Shown piece after piece: positions 26,106 through 35,340 of a DNA stretch of 41,154 bases. The DNA is from Kiritimatiellota bacterium (lineage in GTDB: Bacteria; Verrucomicrobiota; Kiritimatiellia; CAIQIC01), in NCBI GenBank assembly GCA_026398385.1, contig JAPLSZ010000263.1, positions 1-41,154 of the forward strand. Reading direction: 5' to 3'. The notes beneath the pieces are model-generated. The model searched no databases and was not told the origin of the DNA. It was given only the letters and a program-made list of their open reading frames with translations. Made by a program: the position numbers and the translations under genes. Each line of letters begins with the position of its first letter. Positions within the stretch are counted from its first letter, which is position 1.

Positions 26106-27344
26106 ATGAAAACCATCATCCGCCTCATTCCCACCCTCATTCTCGCCGTTCACATCGCGACCGCCGATGAGTGGCCCGCGTATCGCGGCGCCGCCGGCGA
26201 CGGCATTTGCACCGAAAAACTCAACCTGAACTGGTCAGCCGTCGGCCCGCGGGTCGTCTGGCGTGTGCCCACACCGAACGGGTTCAGCTCGTTTGCGGTG
26301 GGCGAAGGCAAAGCGTTCACGCAAGTCATCCGCGAGATCAACGGCGCCCCGCGCGAAATCTGCCTCGCCCTCGATGCGGCGACGGGCAAGGAATTGTGGG
26401 CGGCGGACGTGGCGATTGGCAAGGGGTATTCCGGCGGCGGCGAGGGTGACGGCCCGCGTTCCACGCCGACGGTGAACGGCGGAAAAGTCTACGCGTTCAC
26501 GCCCGACTCCGTCCTGCATTGCCTGGACGCGGCGACCGGCAAGCCCGTTTGGAAAAAGAACATCATTGGCGAATTCGCGGGCCGCAACATCGGCTGGAAC
26601 TTCGCCGCCTCGCCCGTCGTGGACGGCGACCTCCTGTTTGTGGCCGGCGGCGGGTCCGGCCAATCGTTGCTCGCCTTCAACAAGAAAACCGGTGACGTCG
26701 TCTGGAAAACCGGTGACGAAACCACCACCCATGCGATGCCGGTGGTGGCGACGATCCTCGGCGAACGCCAAGTCATTTTTTTCTGCAAGAGCGGTCTCGT
26801 GGCGGTCGCCGAAAAAGACGGCCGCCCGCTGTGGAAATTCCCCTGCCAGTTCAAGACCGCGATTGCGGCCTCGCCGGTCGTGTGCGGCGACATCGTGTTC
26901 TGCACGGTCGGATACGGCATCGGCGGCGGCGCGTGCAAGATCGCCAAGAGCGGCAACAATTTCACCGCCACGGCCCTCTACGAGAACAAGGGCAGCCTCG
27001 CGTCGCTCTGGAGCACGCCGTTGTTCAAGGAGGGCTTCATCTACGGCGTCATCAGCTTCAAGAAACCCGGCACCGGCCCGTTGAAATGTTTTGAATCCGC
27101 CACGGGCAAGATTTGCTGGGAGCAAAGTGGGTACGGCGATGGCCAGGCGATCCTGATCGGCGACAAGGTGCTGGCGTTGACCGACAAGGGCGACCTCGTC
27201 GTCGTGGCCGCGGCCCCGAGCGGATACAAGGAACTCCGGCGTTTCAAGGCCGTCACCGGCAAGTGCTGGTCCACACCGGCGGTGAGCAACGGCCGCATCT
27301 TCGTTCGCAGCACCAAGGAAGGCGTCTGCCTCGACTCGAAGTAA
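26106..27344 (+). CDS. PQQ-like beta-propeller repeat protein (BamB-like fold), signal peptide
   Basis: The ATG at 26106 gives MKTIIRLIPTLILAVHIATADEWPAYRG. Propeller blades recur: ALDAATGKELW, CLDAATGKPVWK, AFNKKTGDVVWK, VAEKDGRPLWKF, FESATGKICWEQ, ending WSTPAVSNGRIFVRS. Confidence 0.85.
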   Translation: MKTIIRLIPTLILAVHIATADEWPAYRGAAGDGICTEKLNLNWSAVGPRVVWRVPTPNGFSSFAVGEGKAFTQVIREINGAPREICLALDAATGKELWAADVAIGKGYSGGGEGDGPRSTPTVNGGKVYAFTPDSVLHCLDAATGKPVWKKNIIGEFAGRNIGWNFAASPVVDGDLLFVAGGGSGQSLLAFNKKTGDVVWKTGDETTTHAMPVVATILGERQVIFFCKSGLVAVAEKDGRPLWKFPCQFKTAIAASPVVCGDIVFCTVGYGIGGGACKIAKSGNNFTATALYENKGSLASLWSTPLFKEGFIYGVISFKKPGTGPLKCFESATGKICWEQSGYGDGQAILIGDKVLALTDKGDLVVVAAAPSGYKELRRFKAVTGKCWSTPAVSNGRIFVRSTKEGVCLDSK

Positions 27345-27763
27345 CCGGCCTCAAACCGACGCCCGTTCTCCAACACGCCCGCCTCGCACTTGGCGTGCTT
27401 GGCGCGCGGCTTGTCGTACACCTTGCCGGCTTGTTTGTCGGGCTTGACTTCGCTGCCAGAAATCACCTCGGTGATAAACGTCGACTCGTGGACAACGCTG
27501 CGCTGGATGACGAGCAACCGCCGTTAACCACGGCATCCGAGCTGCGTCCCGTGGCCTCCGAGACGTGGCGGGAATTGATCCAACGCGTGTGGCGCGTGCT
27601 TCGTCTGGTCCTTATAGCAACTCCAGAGTTATGAATCAGGCGGGGAGGAGAGCCCCTCGAAGCTCCCCGCACACGCCTGTTCATAACTCTGCCCGACCGA
27701 AAAACGTTCGGTTGCAACAAAGCGGCGATGATGGTTGTATGCAGACGGAAACATGTGTCGGTC

Positions 27764-28084
27764 TGATTACGAAGCGACGCCAAGCTGCTGGCGGAGATTC
27801 TGCGATTGCATCGCGACAAACTCTCCGCCTGGAAGCCGGATGATACCCAGACACGGACCTTGACTATCCTGAACGAGGAACGGCGTAAGGCGGCGGACCT
27901 CGGCACCAAGCTCGTCCTGCGCTTGCAGGCGTCCATTACGGAATACGACCGGCAGATCGCGCAGTTGTTCCGCCGGCATCCCGATGCCTTCATCTTCGAG
28001 GGAGTGCCCGGCGCCGGACCTGCCTTGGGACCACGACTGCTGAGCGCCTTTGGCACAGACCGCCAACAGCTCCAGGAGGCGTGA
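27764..28084 (+). pseudogene. IS110-family transposase internal fragment
   Basis: LRSDAKLLAEILRLHRDKLSAWKPDDTQTRTLTILNEERRKAADLGTKLVLRLQASITEYDRQIAQLFRRHPDAFIFEGVPGAGPALGPRLLSAFGTDR matches the end of the DEDD domain and the start of the helix-hairpin-helix (Transposase_20) region of IS110 transposases. It is bounded by stops, and both the N-terminal catalytic part and the C-terminus are missing. Confidence 0.6.
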
Positions 28085-28119
28085 AAACAAAACCCAGAAA
28101 AATCGTTGACGGACTTCCT

Positions 28120-28290
28120 CAGATGTCTGCGTAGCCTCTTGACCTGCGTAGCCTTGGCGAAGCGGGTTGGCGAAGCGGGAAGCGAAGGCAGCCTCCGCTG
28201 ACTTCGCAAAGTCGCACAAGACTGCGTCCCTACCTGGCCCATTATTTTTGCGGTGTACGGCGACTTGTCGCCGGCGGCCGAACGGGATAG
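28120..28290. repeat. cluster of short REP-like palindromes and direct repeats
   Basis: GCGTAGCCT occurs twice (28128-28136 and 28146-28154). GGCGAAGCGGG occurs twice in tandem with a third partial copy. Palindromes: GACTTCGCAAAGTC (28201-28214) and GGCGACTTGTCGCC (28259-28272). Confidence 0.35.
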
Positions 28291-28312
28291 AATGTCGACG
28301 CAGGGAGTTGCT

Positions 28313-29653
28313 ATGGCACAGACCACTTTTTGCGGAGCGGGGGCGGGGGAGCAGGCGGAGATGCTCGCCGCGATCGGGGCGCGGTCATGCGACGAGCTGT
28401 TCGCCGGCGTGCCGCCGGAGTTCCAGACGGCGGACTTCAACGTACCGGAGGGCCGCTCGGAACTGGAAATGCTGCAGGCGCTGCGGGCGCTGGCGGCGAA
28501 GAACTCCACGCTGACCAACTTCTGCGGCGGCGGCTTTTACGACCACTTTATCCCGGCCGCGGTGGATGCGCTGGCGGGCCGCAGCGAGTTTTACACCGCC
28601 TATACGCCGTACCAGCCGGAGGCGTCCCAGGGCACGCTGCAGGCCGCCTATGAATTCCAGACCGCCGTGGTCCGGCTGACGGACATGGAGGTGGCCAACG
28701 CCTCGCTGTACGACGGCGGCACGGCGTTGTTCGAAGGCCTGATGATGGCCCTGCGCATCACGGGGCGCAACAAGGTGCTGGTCTGCGAGGGCGTGAATCC
28801 CATTTACCGCGCGATGCTGCGCTGCTACACGCGCAACCTGTCCATCGAATACGATGAAATCCCGCTGGCCGGCGGCCTGGCCGACCGCGCGGCGTTCCAC
28901 GGCAAGCTCGATGCCTCCGTGGCGGCGGTGCTGGTCCAAAACCCGAACTTCTTCGGCTGCCTGGACGACCTGACGGATCTCGTGGCCGCCGCGCATGACG
29001 CCGGCGCACAGGCGGTTTTCTCGGTGTATCCGCTGGCGCTCGGCCTGGTGCAGACGCCGGGCGCGATGGGCGCAGACATCGTCACGGGCGAGGGGCAGAG
29101 CCTGGGGCTGCCGCTCTCGTTCGGCGGCCCCTACCTCGGTTTCATGGCCACGCGCCGTTCGTACGCGCGCAAGCTGCCCGGCCGCCTGGTCGGCGCCACC
29201 CAGGACGCGCAAGGCCGGCGCGGCTTCGTGCTCACGCTCCAGGCGCGCGAGCAGCACATCCGCCGCGAGAAGGCCATGAGCAACATCTGCACCAACGAGG
29301 CGCTCTGCGCGCTGCGCGCGACGATCTACCTCGCGCTGATGGGCAAACAGGGACTGGTCGAGGCTGCGCGCCAGTGCGCAGCACGCGCCGCCTATGCCTT
29401 TGACCGGCTGTGCGCCATCCCCGGCGTGCGACCCGCGTTCCCGGACCGCTGCTTCTTTAACGAATTCGCGCTGACGTTGCCGCGCGACGCCGCGGAAGTG
29501 GTCGGCGCGCTGATCGATCAGGGCCTGGCCGCGGGCTTTCCGGTGGGCCGGTACTACGCCGGCTTGGGGAACGTGCTGTTGGTAGCCTGCACCGAGAAGC
29601 GTACCAAGGCCGAGGTGGACATCCTCGCGGCGAAGCTGGAAAGCGTGCTGTGA
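28313..29653 (+). CDS. gcvPA: glycine dehydrogenase (aminomethyl-transferring) subunit 1
   Basis: EMLAAIGARSCDELFAGVPPEF...LTNFCGGGFYDHFIPAAVDALAGRSEFYTAYTPYQPEASQGTLQAAYEFQT...NASLYDGGTALFEG is canonical GcvPA. GGGAG lies 8 nt upstream of the ATG at 28313. Confidence 0.92.
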   Translation: MAQTTFCGAGAGEQAEMLAAIGARSCDELFAGVPPEFQTADFNVPEGRSELEMLQALRALAAKNSTLTNFCGGGFYDHFIPAAVDALAGRSEFYTAYTPYQPEASQGTLQAAYEFQTAVVRLTDMEVANASLYDGGTALFEGLMMALRITGRNKVLVCEGVNPIYRAMLRCYTRNLSIEYDEIPLAGGLADRAAFHGKLDASVAAVLVQNPNFFGCLDDLTDLVAAAHDAGAQAVFSVYPLALGLVQTPGAMGADIVTGEGQSLGLPLSFGGPYLGFMATRRSYARKLPGRLVGATQDAQGRRGFVLTLQAREQHIRREKAMSNICTNEALCALRATIYLALMGKQGLVEAARQCAARAAYAFDRLCAIPGVRPAFPDRCFFNEFALTLPRDAAEVVGALIDQGLAAGFPVGRYYAGLGNVLLVACTEKRTKAEVDILAAKLESVL

Positions 29654-29709
29654 TGGAAAACGGGGAAGAAGCTCGGAATTTCACAGAAGTAACGAAGGCA
29701 ACGAAGGTC

Positions 29710-31167
29710 ATGAAGCTGATCTACGAGAAGAGCGTGGCGGGACGGCGGGCGGTGCAGTTGCCGTCGCGGCACGACGACGCCCGGCCGCACATCGCGCCCC
29801 GCCTGCTGCGGACGCAACCGGCGGAACTGCCGGAGCTGTCGGAGTTGGACGTCGTGCGGCATTACACCGCGTTGAGCCGCCTGAATTTCTCCGTGGACAC
29901 GCACTTTTATCCGCTCGGTTCCTGCACGATGAAGTACAATCCGAAGGCCTGCGAGACCGCCAGCGCGCTGCCGGGCCTGGCCGATCTGCATCCGCTGTGG
30001 CCGCAACTGCGCCATGGCGGCCTCCTGACGCAGGGCGCCCTGCAACTGCTCTACGAAACCGAGCGGCTGCTGTCCGAAATCACCGGCCTGGCCGAATTCA
30101 CGCTCCAGCCCCTGGCCGGCGCGCACGGCGAACTGACCGGTTGCATGATCATGGCCGCCTATCACCGCGCGCGCGGCAACCGGAAAACGCACATCGTGAT
30201 CCCCGATTCGGCGCACGGCACAAATCCCGCCAGCGCGGCGCTGGCCGGCTTCGACGTGGTCACCGTGCCGTCGGACGCCCAGGGCCACATGCCTCTGGAG
30301 GCGCTCCGCCGCGCGGTCACGGCCGAGACCGCCGGCCTGATGATGACCTGCCCCTCGACGCTGGGCTTGTTCGTGGACCACCTGAAGGAAATTGCGGACC
30401 TCGTCCATGGCGTGGATGGGCTGCTGTATTACGACGGCGCCAATCTCAATGCGTTGCTCGGCCGCGTGAAGCCGGGCCGGATCGGCTTTGACCTGTGCCA
30501 GCTTAATCTGCACAAAAGCTTCAGCACACCGCATGGCGGCGGCGGCCCCGGCGCCGGGCCGGTCGGCGTCGTGGAAAAGCTCAGACCCTTTCTGCCGATC
30601 TCGCGCGTGGTCAAGCGGCCCGACGGCACATTTGTCCTGCATTATGACGAGCCGCAGAGCATCGGGTACATTGCGCCGTTCTACGGCAACTTCGGCGTCA
30701 TCGTGCGCGCCTACGCCTACCTGCTCATGCTCGGCCGCGACGGCCTGCGGGCCACCAGCGATGCCGCCGTGCTCAACGCGAATTACCTCCAGGAAAAATT
30801 GCGGCCGCATCTGCCGCCCGTCGCGCCGGGCCGCTGTCTGCACGAGTGCGTCTGCAGCGGCGCGCCGCTGAAGGCACACGGCGTGCATACGCTCGACCTC
30901 GCCAAGGCGCTGATCGACCGCGGTTGCCACCCGCCGACCATCTATTTCCCGCTCAACGTGCCCGAGGCCTTCATGGTCGAGCCGACGGAGAGCGAGAGCC
31001 GCGAGACGCTGGACGCCTTCGCGCAGGCCGTCGCCGAACTGGTGGCGCTTGCGCGGACCGATCCGGACGCCTTGCGCCGTGCCCCGGTGACCACGCCGGT
31101 CGGCCGGCTGGACGAGGTGGCCGCGGCGCGCAACATGAATCTGGCCTATCGGTCCGCCGGCGGGTGA
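29710..31167 (+). CDS. gcvPB: glycine dehydrogenase (aminomethyl-transferring) subunit 2
   Basis: MKLIYEKSVAGRRAVQLP is the typical GcvPB start. The PLP-lysine region is NLHKSFSTPHGGGGPGAGPVGV. An alternative upstream start at 29653 (ATG overlapping the gcvPA TGA) would add 19 non-conserved residues. Confidence 0.9.
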   Translation: MKLIYEKSVAGRRAVQLPSRHDDARPHIAPRLLRTQPAELPELSELDVVRHYTALSRLNFSVDTHFYPLGSCTMKYNPKACETASALPGLADLHPLWPQLRHGGLLTQGALQLLYETERLLSEITGLAEFTLQPLAGAHGELTGCMIMAAYHRARGNRKTHIVIPDSAHGTNPASAALAGFDVVTVPSDAQGHMPLEALRRAVTAETAGLMMTCPSTLGLFVDHLKEIADLVHGVDGLLYYDGANLNALLGRVKPGRIGFDLCQLNLHKSFSTPHGGGGPGAGPVGVVEKLRPFLPISRVVKRPDGTFVLHYDEPQSIGYIAPFYGNFGVIVRAYAYLLMLGRDGLRATSDAAVLNANYLQEKLRPHLPPVAPGRCLHECVCSGAPLKAHGVHTLDLAKALIDRGCHPPTIYFPLNVPEAFMVEPTESESRETLDAFAQAVAELVALARTDPDALRRAPVTTPVGRLDEVAAARNMNLAYRSAGG

Positions 31168-31291
31168 GGTGGGGCCATTTCAGGCGGAGCGGGTTCGGGG
31201 TTCAGGAAAGATGCACCGCACCTTGGAGAAGCCGTTATTGGAATCCGAGCCTGTCACTCGACACAAACGCAGTTTGGAGGCACGCGGCGGA

Positions 31292-32233
31292 ATGTTGTCT
31301 AACCTGCGTCAGGGCTGGGCTGCCACCCGCATACCGGGCGCTGCCGGTCGCCGGTGTACGGCGGCGCACGGTCTGGCCGGGCTGCTGCTGCTGGCCGCTC
31401 TGGCCGGGCTGACCTCCTGCACCACCCCGGACCCTGTCACCGGACGCGGATACTACAATCTCTACACGCTGGCGGACGACGCCAAACTGGGCCGCGCGGC
31501 CATGGACCAGAATATGCGGGAAATGCGCACAGCGGGCGTGCGCATTAATACCGATGCGGCGCGCGTGGCGCAGCTGCAGGAGATGGTGCGCCGGCTCGGC
31601 GCGGTGACCCACTATCCCCAGTTGCCTTACAGTGTCACGCTGTTTCAAACCAACATCGTCAATGCCGCCGCGTTGCCCGGCGGGCCGATGATGGTCTTTG
31701 CCGGCCTGTACAATCCCACCAACGGCCTGGTGCGGGACGAGGACGAAATGGCCGCGGTCATGGGGCACGAGCTCGCGCACGTCAACTGCCGGCACAGCAC
31801 CCGGCGCCTCAGCGTCATCATGTCCGCCTCGCTGCTCGCCGAGGTGGGCGTGGCGCTGTTGGAGCAGAAGGACCAGCAGGGCTGGGCCCAGGCGCTGCAG
31901 ACTGTGTTCATGGCCGGCACGGCGCTGTGGATTCCCACCTATTCGCGCAAGGATGAGTTTCAGGCCGACGCGGTGGGCCTGCTCTACATGGCCCGGGCGG
32001 GCTACGATCCGCGCGCCGCGCCGCGGATTTGGCAGCGCGCCGCGACGCAGGATCGCAAGCAAGCCGCCCGGGTCAGCATCTTTGCTTCGCATCCCGCCGA
32101 CAAGGCGCGCTACGAGGCGCTTCAGAAACAACTGCCGGCCGCGCTGGAGATCTACGAGCGGGTGCGCGGCGGCCAGCCGCCCGACGGGGTTCCCGGCGAC
32201 CGTGCGCCCGCGCCGCGGAAAACCGTGATGTAG
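31292..32233 (+). CDS. M48-family zinc metallopeptidase, lipoprotein
   Basis: Contains HELAHVNCRH (HExxH), EFQADAVGLLYMARAGYDPRAA and FASHPADKARY. The lipobox is LAGLTSC. The ATG at 31292 is preceded by GGAGG; an earlier in-frame ATG at 31211 is possible. Confidence 0.85.
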   Translation: MLSNLRQGWAATRIPGAAGRRCTAAHGLAGLLLLAALAGLTSCTTPDPVTGRGYYNLYTLADDAKLGRAAMDQNMREMRTAGVRINTDAARVAQLQEMVRRLGAVTHYPQLPYSVTLFQTNIVNAAALPGGPMMVFAGLYNPTNGLVRDEDEMAAVMGHELAHVNCRHSTRRLSVIMSASLLAEVGVALLEQKDQQGWAQALQTVFMAGTALWIPTYSRKDEFQADAVGLLYMARAGYDPRAAPRIWQRAATQDRKQAARVSIFASHPADKARYEALQKQLPAALEIYERVRGGQPPDGVPGDRAPAPRKTVM

Positions 32234-32358
32234 CTGGCATCGGACGGCGCAGGCTTGAACTGGCCGAGGGGACATGCTATAGCTTGACCCGTTTGGGAGC
32301 GCTTATTTTATGGAAAGACACCGGCGTTTATGAATAATCCGGGTTGGGAGAGCGTGAT

Positions 32359-33138
32359 ATGAAAAAGCAAGGGGTTGGATTACTGGCGGTCTTGAGTGTG
32401 GTCGTGGCGCTGGGTGCGGCTGCGCCCGCGCGGGCCGGCGGTCCGACGCTGGTGGTCGCGCCGGCGCGTTATTCGGTGCTGCAGGTGGGTTTCGACCTGG
32501 TACAACGCTACGGCGTGACGCTGGTATCCTACCGCGGCGAGGCGGCGACCGAAAAACCGCTGCTGCACGTTTGGACGGGGCAGGAGTGGAAATTTATCGC
32601 GCTGCCGGATTTCCAGTCAGGCGCGTTTCTGGACCAGAAGCCGGCGCAGACGGTGGTGATTGGTGATGCCCGCATGGTCCCGGCCGTCTTTGCGCCGATG
32701 GCGGCCTGGGCGGGCCGGCAGGTCAGCATTCCCTCGCTGTTCACGGACGAAATCCTGAACCAGGCGAGCAAGGCCCTGCGGTTCAGCAGGGGGGACTGGG
32801 ACTGGTTCGCGGCGCGCTACAACCTGAAGCTGGATGATACCAACGCCGCGTTGCGCAGCGACAGTTGGTATGGTCACACGTACGACAAGCCGATCCATAT
32901 TCAGTTCAAGCGGCCCTCCCGGGCGCCGGACGCCAGCGTCGAGCCGGCGCCCGCGCCCGTCATGGACGAGGCGAAAAAAGACGCGGTCGAGATGGCGCCG
33001 CTTCAGGACAGCACCCCGCCGGCTGATCCGAGCAAAGCGGAGCCCGCGCGGCCGGCGGATGAGCCGGTCAGCGACCTTTCCCTGCGCCTGGCGCCCGCGC
33101 CGGCGGAGACCAATGCCGCGGTGGGCCCGACTAATTGA
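32359..33138 (+). CDS. hypothetical secreted protein with Pro/Ala-rich tail
   Basis: GGGAGAG lies upstream of the ATG at 32359. The signal peptide is MKKQGVGLLAVLSVVVALGAAAPARAG. No family was recognised. Confidence 0.55.
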   Translation: MKKQGVGLLAVLSVVVALGAAAPARAGGPTLVVAPARYSVLQVGFDLVQRYGVTLVSYRGEAATEKPLLHVWTGQEWKFIALPDFQSGAFLDQKPAQTVVIGDARMVPAVFAPMAAWAGRQVSIPSLFTDEILNQASKALRFSRGDWDWFAARYNLKLDDTNAALRSDSWYGHTYDKPIHIQFKRPSRAPDASVEPAPAPVMDEAKKDAVEMAPLQDSTPPADPSKAEPARPADEPVSDLSLRLAPAPAETNAAVGPTN

Positions 33139-33151
33139 GCCTGTTAAACGC

Positions 33152-33547
33152 ATGCTGGGGCCATCTCTCATCGCCGGCGTCACGAACCAACCGGTGTTTT
33201 GGCTGGGCGCCTGGCGCCGCGTCGCGCTGGGGCTTGGCTGTTTGATGATAGCCGCCGCGGGCTGCGTGCGTGTGCCGGTGGAACCCGACCGGAAGAACGT
33301 CGTCGAAACCCTGCTGTTCACCACCACGGCCAATGGCCAAACCTCGTTGAGTTGGACCTCCCGGTCGGATTTGGCCTACACCTTGCTGGTGGCCGAGCGC
33401 TGGGACGCCATGCGTTGGCAGCCGCTGCCGGCATGCGTGAATCAACCCGGCACGGGCCGCATCATGCAGTATACCTTGAAAGAGGACCCCGGCCGCCCAC
33501 GGATTTATAAATTGATGGCCACGCCGCTCGCCAAGCGACCGCGTTAG
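33152..33547 (+). CDS. hypothetical small lipoprotein
   Basis: An internal ATG of the 32834..33547 ORF lies immediately after the upstream stop. It has a TM/lipobox segment LGLGCLMIAAAGC. The downstream part, LLFTTTANGQTSLSWTSRSDLAYTLLVAE, looks like a small beta-sandwich. Confidence 0.45.
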   Translation: MLGPSLIAGVTNQPVFWLGAWRRVALGLGCLMIAAAGCVRVPVEPDRKNVVETLLFTTTANGQTSLSWTSRSDLAYTLLVAERWDAMRWQPLPACVNQPGTGRIMQYTLKEDPGRPRIYKLMATPLAKRPR

Positions 33548-33588
33548 CCGCGGCCAGAAATGCGGTGATCATCGAAAGGATAGAACAG

Positions 33589-34341
33589 ATGCGCAGGACA
33601 ATGAGCGGTAAGCAGATGGCAGCGGTGGTGGCGGTGGCGCTGGGCGTGGCCGGGGCTCCGGCGGCGCGGGCCGCCGATGTGCTGGTCAAGGATGGACAGA
33701 AAATCGCTTTCCTGGGTGATTCGATCACCCAGGCAGGCGCGCAGACCCCGCAGGGTTATGTGCGGCTGGTGATCAGTGGCTTGGAGGCGATCGGCGTCAA
33801 GGCGACGGCCATCCCCGCTGGCATTAGCGGCCATAAATCCAATCAGATGCTGGCGCGACTGGAGAAGGACGTGTTGAGCAAGAAGCCGGACTGGATGACC
33901 CTGAGCTGCGGCGTGAACGACGTCTGGCACGGGGCGAACGGCGTGCCGCTTGATCAATACAAGGAAAACATCACCAAGATCGTCGAACAGTGCCAGGCGG
34001 CGGGCGTCAAGGTGATGGTCCTCACCGCGACCATGATCAAGGAGGACCAGGCCAACGCCTTGAACCAGAAACTGACGGCCTATAACGAATTCCTGCGGAC
34101 GCTGGCCAAGGAGAAGGGCTGCCCGCTGGCCGACCTGAACGCCGACATGCAGGCCGCCATCGCGAAGGTCGGTCCCGCGAAGAAGGGCAATGTGCTGACC
34201 GGTGACGGCGTGCACATGAACCCGGCCGGCAATCGGATGATGGCCACCGGAGTTCTCAAGGCTTTCGGGTTGAGCGCGGAGCAATTGGCCAAGGTGCAGA
34301 AGCAATGGCCGGAATCTCCGGCTCCCAAGCCCAAAAAATAA
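33589..34341 (+). CDS. SGNH/GDSL-family hydrolase, signal peptide
   Basis: Block I FLGDSIT, block II GISGHKS, block III SCGVNDV, block V DGVHMNPAGNRMMA. AAAGGA lies 9 nt upstream of the ATG at 33589. Confidence 0.85.
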   Translation: MRRTMSGKQMAAVVAVALGVAGAPAARAADVLVKDGQKIAFLGDSITQAGAQTPQGYVRLVISGLEAIGVKATAIPAGISGHKSNQMLARLEKDVLSKKPDWMTLSCGVNDVWHGANGVPLDQYKENITKIVEQCQAAGVKVMVLTATMIKEDQANALNQKLTAYNEFLRTLAKEKGCPLADLNADMQAAIAKVGPAKKGNVLTGDGVHMNPAGNRMMATGVLKAFGLSAEQLAKVQKQWPESPAPKPKK

Positions 34342-34364
34342 GCCGCGCTTTTTATTGAACGCGC

Positions 34365-35267
34365 ATGATGTTCCGGGGTTATAGCTTGGCGGCCAGCCGG
34401 CGTGACCCCAGCGCGCGCCGCCCGCCGCTGACCGCGGTCCGCTTGGCGGCGGGTCTGTGGCTGGCTCTGGCCGCGGGCACCGGCCCGCGCGCCGCGGATT
34501 TGCCGCCGGGCTTGGTGCTGCATTTCAGCTTCGACGACGCGAGCGCCGGAGGTGTCATTGCGGATCGGTCGGGTCACAACCTCTCCGGGCGCGTGCTGGG
34601 CGCCAAGTGGACCTTCGCCGGCAAGCAGGGCGGCGGTTATGAATTCACATCCACCAACAGCTATATCGTGGTGTCCAACACCCCCGCCTTGACTCCGAAA
34701 CAGATGACCCTGGCCCTGTGGTTCAAAACCGCGAAGGCGGATGCGCAGCCGCGCTGGCTGCTCGACAAGGCGGCGGACAGCGGCTACGCGCTGAGCCTCG
34801 GCGGTGACGCGCCGGACGAACAGCGCCGGGGCAGGCTGTGCTTCGCCGTCAGCGGCCAGGCCTGCTGGAGCGCGCACAGCGTCGCCGACGGCATCTGGCA
34901 CCACGGGGCTGCTGCGTTCGACGGCGAGCGGCTGAAACTGTATGTGGACGGACAGCTTCAGCCGCAGGTCGTCGTCTGGCGCGGCGAGCCGGCAGCCAAC
35001 GCCCATGACCTGACACTCGGCCTGAACCGGTCCAACCCCGCGCCCCAGGAGCAGGGCTTGTCCTTCGAGGGCGTGCTGGACGAGGTGATGCTGTTCAACC
35101 ATGCGCTAACCGACGCCGAGCTCCAGTCCGTGCTCGCGGCGACGAGATCCCGGTTCACCCGGGACCAGGTCGCCCGACGCGTGCAGGAAATCAAGGGGCT
35201 CTATGACCGGGGCCTGTTGCGCAAGGACTTCTACGACCGGAAAGTCAAGGAGTGCGAAGCGCAGTGA
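34365..35267 (+). CDS. LamG-domain (concanavalin A-like lectin/glucanase) protein
   Basis: LVLHFSFDDASAGGVIADRSGHNLSGRV...MTLALWFKT...WHHGAAAFDGERLKLYVDGQL...FEGVLDEVMLFNHALTDAELQ is the standard LamG jelly-roll pattern. Confidence 0.8.
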   Translation: MMFRGYSLAASRRDPSARRPPLTAVRLAAGLWLALAAGTGPRAADLPPGLVLHFSFDDASAGGVIADRSGHNLSGRVLGAKWTFAGKQGGGYEFTSTNSYIVVSNTPALTPKQMTLALWFKTAKADAQPRWLLDKAADSGYALSLGGDAPDEQRRGRLCFAVSGQACWSAHSVADGIWHHGAAAFDGERLKLYVDGQLQPQVVVWRGEPAANAHDLTLGLNRSNPAPQEQGLSFEGVLDEVMLFNHALTDAELQSVLAATRSRFTRDQVARRVQEIKGLYDRGLLRKDFYDRKVKECEAQ

Positions 35268-35340
35268 TCAAACTGGGCGCGTGACCGCTCAGCATCGGCC
35301 TGTTAGGAAGGCAACGGCCCCATTTCAAGCTCCCCTTGAC

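Noticed and set aside
27351-27517. A minus-strand reading (VVHESTFITEVISGSEVKPDKQAGKVYDKPRAKHAKCEAGVLENG) looked like a gene fragment.
   Set aside because: No family was recognised, and it overlaps the alternative plus-strand IS91-like reading. Neither can be confirmed by eye, so no feature was called.
28085-28312. Looked for a glycine riboswitch upstream of gcvPA, since gcv operons often carry one.
   Set aside because: The leader has no convincing match to the conserved aptamer cores I remember (GGAGAG...ACCGAAGGGGCAA...CUCAGGCAAAAGGAC). It is instead filled with REP-like dyads. I cannot exclude a divergent element without a covariance-model scan.
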